A stretch of DNA of 64,000 bases from Proteromonas lacertae (lineage: Eukaryota). A model generated the notes under the pieces. The model searched no databases. It was not told the origin of the DNA and was given only the letters and a program-made list of their open reading frames with translations. Both the position numbers and the translations under genes were made by a program. Of the stretch, positions 55,601 to 64,000 are shown in pieces. The stretch covers positions 1-64,000 of the forward strand of contig NGBS01000906.1 of the NCBI GenBank assembly GCA_002245135.1, written 5' to 3'. The stretch's first letter is position 1. The number at the start of each line of letters is the position of its first letter.

Positions 55601-57335
55601 TGTTGAAGCACCTAGTTTGATAATGCCAAATGCTGATTCAATTGAAGAGAAAGATAATAAATGGTATGTGAAAGATAAATTACAATTGAAATGGACTAAA
55701 TGTGAATCCGAACATGATGAATATGGTTATGTATGTGAATTCTTCAAGAATATTCCAACATATGAAGAATTAATAGAAAAGAAAGATAAGATCGGTAATA
55801 TAAACTGTGTTGAAAACTCAATCGAAGATACATCTGATAATTTAAGTGAAGGATATTTAGTATGTGGAATATTGAGAAGATCAACCAATGATGTAATATC
55901 AATGGAATATATAAGTAAGAAAAGTATTGATATTCAAGAAATATCCATGTATAAAGATGATAATAAGATCTATGCAAATGGTGATATAAGATTGAATTGG
56001 GCTAAATGTGAAAATGAAAAGAATGATTATGAATTGATTGTAAACTTTTTTGATCATTCTCCCTCTGTAGATGAAGATTGGTCAGGTAAAAGTATTGAAA
56101 TAAGCTGTGATAAAACCAAAGTTGATCATGAATATACCTCTGATTTAAAGAAGATTCACTTTGTAGTAAAGTTGATAAAGAAAGATAACAAGATAGTATA
56201 TGATGTAGAATCAATAAAACTACCATCATTTGATATTGGTAGTTTAGATTTCTCATTTACCAATCGGTATTATAATCATAGAATAATCTCTGGTTTTATC
56301 CCAATCGATTTCCCTAATTGTGAACGAAATCATAATCAGTACAGTATAATCTGTGATTTCTCCACAACCATACCAACTTATGAATCATTAATGAATGGAT
56401 TTAAGAATAAGATTGTATGTGATGCTTGGGAATTAGAAGGATTAACATCCGTTGGAACAGATGATAGTGTATTTGGTTGTATGATGATTGAAAATGAGAG
56501 TAAAAAGATGATTGGATTAGAATATGTCGAACTAGCAGGATTAATAATGGATGAGATAAAAATTAAGCATGCTGATAATAACAAAATCACAGTGAATGGT
56601 TTATTAAAATACAAATTAGGAAAAGATGCCAAAGCTGAAGATTTCCATTATGAATGTAAATTATCAAATGAACTTCCAACTCCATCATTATTCGATTATG
56701 AAAAGAGTGAGATAATAAATGTAGAAGGAAATGAAGTAAACTTCTTTGAAGAATCTAATGAATTCTTTGGTTGTATTTTATATCGAGTAAATGACAAAGG
56801 AATAATCGATTTACAATATAAAGAATTACCTGAATTCAATGTAGAACATTTACACTTGGAAGTGAATAAGAAAGATAAAGTGTGGGTTCCAGAAGGTGAT
56901 ATAACATATAAATGGTCTAGTTGTGGTATTAATAAAGATAAATTCGAATTAGCTTGTGAATACAGTGATAATGAACCAAGTTCTGTGAATTTAGACAAAG
57001 CTAGTAAATTTGATATTGTTTGTAGTGGAACAAATCTTACTTCCTTTACTACTGATCTAAATAATGAAGTTTACTTGGGTTGTTCTTTAGTGTCAAAAGA
57101 TGATAAAGAAGTTTATGATTTCCATTTCATCAAAGGAAAAGAAAGTCATGATAGTGATTCTTCAAAAGTATGGATGATTGTTGTTACTTCTGCTTCTTGT
57201 GTCATTGCATTCCTTATTATTGTTACATTGGTTTGTTTCTTTGTCAGAAGTATGAATCTTAGAAGAAGAAAGAATTTGGATGAAAAGTCTGACATTGCTG
57301 CTGAGAAATCATTACTAGCTAATGAGCAAGCTTAA
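52653..57335 (+). CDS. Type I membrane surface protein (~1,500 aa) built of ~100-aa Cys-containing repeats
   Basis: Signal peptide MSRFIILAVILAFASIAVA after splicing. Introns 52754-52779 and 54649-54679 join the ORFs in frame. Repeat pattern W..C....Y...C.F...P...C. TM helix WMIVVTSASCVIAFLIIVTLVCFFV; short tail ending EKSLL. Confidence 0.85.
53377..56507 (+). repeat. Near-identical direct repeat pair 53377-54607 / 55277-56507 (offset 1,900 bp) inside the surface-protein gene
   Basis: Line-by-line identity apart from a few substitution patches. Confidence 0.95.
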
Positions 57336-57448
57336 GATAAAGGTATCACTTGGTTTATCAATATGTGTTTTTATTTTAAAAAGACATTTATTCGTTTCAT
57401 ATAAAATACTTTACTTATTCTTAACCTTCTCGCCTTTTTTTGCACGAA

Positions 57449-58523
57449 ATGATAAATAATCGAGTACAACCAGATTATGGATTGAATGATACTTCTATAA
57501 ATAATGCAAGATATATAAATTGTAAATTTGTTTATAATTATACCTTAGATAACAATGAGGAAATAAGCATGATCTATAAATATTTTTATAAGAACGCTAT
57601 ACCCGATGAAAAGTATTAAATTATTGTTCTGTAATTAAACAGTGGTGAATTGTTTATGCCTACATGTAACATTATACTGGATAGTAAATTCAGCAAATTT
57701 GAGATCACATGTAATATATTTGAACCATTAAGTATTGATTAACAAAAATTACATTGAAATAGATGTTATAGAATGGAATGATTTCTTTCAGATATGGAAT
57801 ATTCTCTGCTTTTTCCCTAATAAGTATTGCTTAATGTGTATACATGTAAAAATATATAAAAATATTAGTTTTAATTTCAACATTAAAGATTTCTCCCTTC
57901 TCAATGATATCAGTCGTATATAATTATTTGGAATATATACTGGCTAGGATGATTTAATGAGATTTATATCAAAAGCAACAAATTACAATGATGAAAGTAT
58001 AAGGCAAGTGTTTAAAGAATTTGAAGTGTATAATAAATCATTATCAAATGCATATAGAGCTGCAGATACTTCCTGTAATATGAATGTTGTTATTAGATTG
58101 TTTAAGAAAGAGAAAAGACTTCATAATTCGTTGAAAATTCTAAGGAAACAGTTCAGAAGTACTATATTCAATAATTTTATGGTAAATCAAATAAAACAAA
58201 GAAGTAAGGTTATTAGAAGAGGTTGTAATACGATAAACCATTCTAAAGAATCAATTTTTCATAGATTGCAGGGATTATTGTACAAAGCTCCACCATTATA
58301 TAAGTTTGATTATACTATATATCCTGATAATGATAGTTACGATAATGAATCAGTTCACAGCTTTCTATATTATTTCACTGATTTGACTATAAGTAGGTTT
58401 TATATATACAAGCCTAGGATAAGAAGCTCAAGAAAATGCGATAGACAATCGAGAAAGCCTACTTTCCCTATAGTTAACACTCACAAAACATCTCCACCTT
58501 CTGAAAATAAAGCATCACCTTAA
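57449..58523 (+). CDS. Hypothetical multi-exon protein, probable paralog of 50182-51496; 5' end uncertain
   Basis: IEWNDFFQIWNILCFFP vs LSWNDYLKLSLLFAFCP; PPLYKFDY vs NPYHYDY; last exon is ORF 57957-58523. Confidence 0.55.
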
Positions 58524-59196
58524 AGTGTGTGTTTCGAGTTACTCTTTACAATTAAATATATGTATAACCGTAAGAATATCACTGTATGTGGGTAAACCGT
58601 ACCAGACTATTCTTAGGTGCCTTCTACAGATAAGAATAAGCGATTTGAGTGTGAATTAGTTTTTGGTACGGGTTATACTGGAGCAAGCGGTGAATTTAAA
58701 ATTCTTTATATATTTTAGTGTGTGAATAAATTTATGGGTTAAAATTTATTTTTATATTTTTAATAGTTTTTAGAGTAGGATAGTAGAAATAAAGTGTATA
58801 AATAGATAGGTAGCTACCTGTTCTACCCCGGCAGGGTAGCTACTTTATAGAATAAGAAATGTATTTCTATGTAAGTAAGTAGCGTGTCCTGTGTAGCCTG
58901 ACTAGGACTTAGTGATTAAATAGTGTGGTGGCCAAGCTACAGAATGCGTTCTTACTTTTTTTTGGTTTTTTTTTTCATTTATCAATTTATTTATGGATTT
59001 ATATAGTGTAGTTAAAAACATTCAAAAGAATTTAAATAGTATCAAAAATATATATTTAAAGAATTATCTGCAGTATTCTATATTTTTTACTAAATCGAAA
59101 TTCTGACGAGAAACTGTTGTTATAAACAGAAAAAAGAAACAGTTTTGATTTTCCTGATATTTTAGAAAAACCGTTTTTATCAAAAAATATATAAAT

Positions 59197-59653
59197 ATGT
59201 GTGCTTCAGTAAACTTTGCTTTCTTTTGTTCATTTAGAAATAATGAAGATTATTTAGATAAGTGTATATGTGGAACATGTAAGTTTTACTTATATTTTAA
59301 CCATAACATAAGTGCAGTTTTAGATAGCCCATTACCAAAGGAAGAGATAAAGTCTTATAATGAATTCTGTGCTATTTGTCATCAAAAGATGTGGACTAAG
59401 TATAGTGATAAGAGATATTACATGATGCTTTTCGATATTAAACCATCAGTAAAACCAAGAGGATTAAATAGACATTATTAAATGGTTAACACTACCTGAA
59501 GGAATGGGAAGTGTTCATTTGAAGAAGAATCCTATGTTGAAACATTATGTAAAGAAGAATTATATATTTGATGATAGTGATGATGATGAGGAAGAAGAAG
59601 CACAAGAAGAAGTTAAAGGAAACAATGATCAAACTACGATAAACATACTCTAA
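59197..59653 (+). CDS. Putative viral Cys-rich (zinc-binding) protein with acidic tail; one frameshift near 59467
   Basis: CICGTC and CAICH motifs. Removing one A at GGATTAAATAGAC extends the frame to DDSDDDEEEEAQEE...* at 59653. Intronless. Confidence 0.5.
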
Positions 59654-59788
59654 ATTTTAAAACGAATCTTTATCTTAAAATGATTTGGGACAGGGTTTAA
59701 AAATATGCGTAATTTAATAAAAATCATATAATATAATAAAAATATAATAAATTTTATAATAAACATAATAAAATAATCATAATAAAGA

Positions 59789-60574
59789 TTAAAATGGTTC
59801 TGTAACACCTGTATCCATCCACTCTGTTATAATAACTTGAGGTGGGAATGCTTGATATGAATATGCATCAAGACCTTTTCGTTCTATATAAAGATTACAT
59901 TTATTATTATTATTTCTTAATATAGGCCAAAAACATCCATAATCATTAATTGCAGGTTGTGAAGTTTCATTTATTACACCTTGTATAGGGAAGTATATTC
60001 CATTACTACCATCTACAAAGTATGTTTCTAATAATTTGTTATAATATTGTTGCAATAAATCTTCTTTACCTGGTTCAGCTTTAATAACATGATTGTCATC
60101 TAGATATAATATAAATCCATAACCATCATCATGATTTTTTAAAACAAGGCCATTGTATATCTTGATTCTCATAAAATGTTCAAACATTTGAATTTTTATA
60201 GGTACTTTTACAGTAGATTCATATTGATTGATGGAACCATCTTGAAATATATAGAAATTAACTGACCAATATGTATATTCAGTATGCAATAATTTAGGTG
60301 ATACAGAATTATTAACTATTGTAGTACTACCTCCAGAGCTATTATTTACAACATTATATATTTCTTGACATTTACCATATATAGTATTTGTAGTAGTTTT
60401 GATATCATTAACAGGTGTAATAATATTATTTATTTGAGTATCAGTATGATTATTAATAGGTTTAACAATAGTATCAGGATCAGTAGGTTGTATATTTATT
60501 TTGTCAGCTATATCTTTAGCAAGCTTATCTGTATCAATATTTATATCTGAAGTATTTCGTTCCCCAATAAACAT
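59789..60574 (-). CDS. Putative viral protein, possible fibre/spike (~260 aa)
   Basis: ATG at 60574 (MFIGERN...), directly downstream of the ATPase. N/T/I/D-rich N-terminal stalk-like part, SSGGS linker, aromatic beta-rich C-terminal domain. Confidence 0.5.
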   Translation of the reverse strand: MFIGERNTSDINIDTDKLAKDIADKINIQPTDPDTIVKPINNHTDTQINNIITPVNDIKTTTNTIYGKCQEIYNVVNNSSGGSTTIVNNSVSPKLLHTEYTYWSVNFYIFQDGSINQYESTVKVPIKIQMFEHFMRIKIYNGLVLKNHDDGYGFILYLDDNHVIKAEPGKEDLLQQYYNKLLETYFVDGSNGIYFPIQGVINETSQPAINDYGCFWPILRNNNNKCNLYIERKGLDAYSYQAFPPQVIITEWMDTGVTEPF

Positions 60575-60617
60575 TTTTTGAATTAATAAACAATAAAATA
60601 ACAAAATTAATAAAACA

Positions 60618-61381
60618 TCAAGAAACTTCAGAATGATCTTCAATCAAAATATTAAAGTTAGCTCTAAACACTTTTTTAACATTATCAATATATAAGAAGT
60701 TATATTGTGGCTTAGTAACAGCTAAATATAACTCTTTAAATGTTTCATATTCAGGTATCCATATATTCAATGAGTTGTATAAGTCAAACAAATTTCTATT
60801 ACTCAATCCATAAAATGTTAAACAATAATCTACTTGTGATCTTGCTGAAGGTACTATATCAGTAATATATTGACTACTAATTATAATTTTTGATTTTAAA
60901 TGTCTATTTTCTTTCATTAATACTGGTATGATATTAGCTGTTTTCAACTCTAAACTAAGATCATCAAATATTATAATATGTTCTGCATACTCAAAATTAT
61001 CTTTGTTTGTATCATCAATTGATTTCATTAACTTCTCTACTAAATTATCTCCTGAATAAGGTTCAAATAATGAATCGTTTTCATCATAACTAATTTCATT
61101 ATAATCTAATAACTCTTTAATTGAATCATATATCCTATCTTGTTTAATTGTGCCTACGAAAAAAATGTACATGTTGTTTTTTCTTATATTTTGGATCTAT
61201 AATATGTCTTAATATATTGTATATCAAAGTAGTTTTCCCACTGTTCTTACGAGCTACAATAAATATATTGCAGAAAGGCTCATTAAAGTAATCATATCCC
61301 AGAATTTTCTTAGGATCAAAAGACTCACCCACCATCAACAGGTTCAATTTGTATATTATTTATTTTTTCAAATTTAAACAT
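60618..61381 (-). CDS. A32/FtsK-HerA-type viral DNA packaging ATPase, two +1 frameshifts
   Basis: Reconstructed MFKFEKINNIQIEPVDGGESF...NIFIVARKNSGKTT (Walker A)...IIIFDDL (Walker B)...ENRHLKSKIIISSQY...ARSQ. Shifts at GGG (~61329) and the A7 run 61159-61165. Confidence 0.9.
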
Positions 61382-61451
61382 AGTGTGTGTATATATATAT
61401 TATGTAGTGAGAAATCAAAAATAAAAATAGAAGTCAATAATAAAGTGTTAT

Positions 61452-62872
61452 TTATACTACTTTTCTCAACACCTCTTGGTCCAATAACTAATTGTTTACC
61501 TGTAATAATATAGAATTTATGATGAATTGTATAAGTATTTTTTGCAGTATCAAAATCATGATTTGAGCAATCCAAAGTAATTTTTAAATCACTTGCTAAG
61601 TCTTTACCAGCTCTTAATTTTAATTCAGTTAATCGATCAGTACTGAAATTTAATACATCAAAGAATCTATAAGGAATGAATATGCTGAACATTTTTCATA
61701 TAATGTATTTTGAATAATATTTCTCATATATTCCCAAGTTTGGTATTTTGCAGGATATAAATAATCAGGAGTATAGACAAAATCATTAATTTGCCATCTA
61801 ATTCTATCTTCTTCTTTATCAAAAGGAACTATAGTTCTTATATAAGCATCATTTATGTATGCTCTGTATAATATAAACTTAACATAACTTCCAATGCTGC
61901 TATTAATACTGAAGTTATAGTTAAAAGTACTATTACCTGGAATAGGATCTTTAGTTATTTGAACTATGTTAAAATCAGTAAAGTCAATAGGATGATGAGT
62001 TGAATAATTGATGGTATTGGCATTGCAAGTTGGATCTTTGTTATAACAAACATAAAGATGAGGATTAACTATTTTCATTCCTAAAAATGCTTGCCATTGG
62101 TTTATATATTTATCTCCATCATTATGATGAACCCAATTCATTATAGGTGCAAATGTGAATTGTATGTATATTACTTCACCAAAATAAATATCATTCTTCA
62201 AAGCTAAAATAGTATTGTATATGTCTGCAAAATGAAATCTACACAGTATTTGACCATGTAATGTATCTGTCATACCATTTTGCATTACATAATAATTTTG
62301 AACACCTCCACTTGGATTTAATGTATTAGCTGAATGACATAATAAATTTTCACCTATTTTTTGATTTGCAGTATTAAATCCTAAACCATCAAATATTTTC
62401 TTGTAATAATCTGGTTCTTTTAAATCATAAGGAAATTGATTTGCAATTTCATGAGCTAAATCTCTATATTCATTATAACTAGTATCCAAATCACATAGCA
62501 AAGTTCCTGTTTTGTTGTATACTTTTAATGTACCAAAATTCATAGTATTCTTCAATGTTAGTTTATCTAAATTATTTGCACTAGTATCTCTTTTAGGTAC
62601 AAAAGGCATATCCCAATTACCTGAATCTGCAGCAGCATGAGCTCTAGTTTGACCTGTAGTATAATCTAATATGAATTCAAAATAGCTTTTGATAAGTTAA
62701 CACAATTATCACCAGATATTTCAAATGTAATAGCATCACTGTTTGAATTTAAAGATAAAACAGTCTCATTCCTGCTTTGGTTTGGAGTAACTAAAATATG
62801 GTTGTAAATTGGTATGTAAGCTGGCACAATGCTTTCATGCTTTTGTGAATTAGGTATAGCAGTGATTGACAT
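61452..62872 (-). CDS. Putative double jelly-roll major capsid protein (~470 aa), three frameshifts
   Basis: N-terminal ITFEISGDNCVNLSKSYFEF after restoring one base at 62687-62690; central LALKNDIYFGEVIYIQFTF; C-terminal GKDLASD...FYIITGKQLVIGPRGVE. Lies between penton and ATPase. Confidence 0.75.
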
Positions 62873-62925
62873 AATTTATGTTATTTTAAAAGATTAAAAA
62901 ATACTTAAAAATAGCAAGAAATTTA

Positions 62926-63892
62926 TTAATACAAAATAATCTCAAAATAAATAGGTAAGTTTTTTAAATAAATTGCATAACCATCTGTTGTGTGACTGAT
63001 ATAGTCATTCGTTGATATTCGTGATATTGCATCTTCTTAGCTGTCCATTCAATTTGTGGATTAGTGAATGTGGTGTAGTTAGTATTAAGATCTTTCACAG
63101 GTATGTTAGCTAAAACCATTGAATTCTCACCACTATTACCCAGTCACATCTAATTTGTATGAATGACACCCAAATTAAAGACGGTTGATTAGGCAATATT
63201 TTGTCATATTCTATATCAATATTATTAAAAATGCTTCAATTGGAGCTGCTGTATGATAAATATCTAACTTTTTGTTCATCTCATCTACACCATATAACTT
63301 ATAAACTAAGTTAGGGAATTCAATGCTAAAATCTGTGAAATATAATCTACCAAAATGAGTTAAGTATTTGAATTTTAAGTGTAATCTATTTTCTGAACTT
63401 TCACTAAATTGAAGTATATCTGTTTGATCATCTATTTTACGAAACGGATAGTTTTGTGAAAGATCTTCATCTGGCAATGGTCCTGCTGCACCTGCTATTT
63501 CTGCAAAACTTAACGATAGTAACTTATTACTAAAAAATTCTAATAATTCTTTACCAGTATAATTTCTTTGAGGTATTTTAGCATCAATAGTTTTATAATA
63601 AGGTCCAAGCTGATTCTCAGGTTTTTCCCATTCTGCTGGATTTGTTTTATCTGGATTTATGCATTCGTAGTAAGTGAAATTAAAGAGAATATGATCATTT
63701 ACTTCATCTTGTACTGTATAGAAGTTATTTGGAATAACTGCAGTAATTAACTCATATATTGATATTTTTCAGTAATAGTTGGAGTATTAATACATCTAAC
63801 CCATTTATTAGATAATTTTTCATTATAGTCTGATGTTGTTAAGAACAATGTTCTTCTATTAGCTAATATGTTGTTACTATCTTTGGTTGCAT
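62926..63892 (-). CDS. Putative penton / minor capsid protein (single jelly-roll), several frameshifts
   Basis: Reconstructed motifs LITAVIPNNFYTV, KIPQRNYTGKELL, IQIRCD, VLANIPV, FTNPQIEWTAKKM and TDGYAIYLKNLPIYFEIILY*. Confidence 0.75.
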
Positions 63893-64000
63893 TATGTTTT
63901 ATAATTGTTGAGAAATATTAAATATAATTTTATTTGAATTATTCTTTAATTATATATTGTTATATATATATGCAACCGCAACCTCAAGTTAACAATTCAA

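Larger units (their letters stand above)
58540..64000. mobile_element. Endogenous Polinton-like / MELD-type dsDNA virus; left end approximate, continues past the window
   Basis: Abrupt switch to intronless, tightly packed genes encoding penton, major capsid protein and A32-like ATPase in tandem. Confidence 0.85.

Noticed and set aside
53377..56507. LTR pair or transposon
   Set aside because: Both copies are in-frame coding repeats of one protein; no TG..CA ends or retroelement genes.
61144..61185. Programmed ribosomal frameshift at the T7/A6 runs in the ATPase
   Set aside because: Indels are numerous, go in both directions and also occur in host genes, so error or decay is simpler.

Overview
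Very AT-rich, gene-dense eukaryotic DNA with ultrashort (~26-48 nt) GT-AG introns and TGTTTGTT-type motifs just downstream of gene ends. Together with a mastigoneme-family (Sig1/Ocm1/Mas-like) EGF protein, this suggests a Blastocystis-like stramenopile (inference). Positions 1-58523 are host genes: an HMG/LRR-like protein, a kinesin-like pseudomotor, a Mas-family EGF protein with three large inserted repeats, one continuous ~2,500-aa pseudo-calpain/kinesin fusion gene, an ARM protein, a soluble adenylyl cyclase-like protein lacking its NTPase domain, a GCNA-like SprT protein, an SPFH protein, a ~4,000-aa class C GPCR with ~9 tandem UrtA/AmiC-like Venus-flytrap domains, an LRR pseudokinase, an intron-containing tRNA-Tyr, a WW/coiled-coil protein, CK2 beta, and a type I surface protein with a 1,900-bp internal duplication. 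From ~58.5 kb to the window end is an intronless endogenous Polinton-like/MELD-type dsDNA virus segment (penton, major capsid, A32-like packaging ATPase, possible fibre) that continues beyond the window. Many ORF breaks are single-base indels that also hit host genes, so they probably include assembly errors. All assignments come from motif reading by eye; no searches were run.
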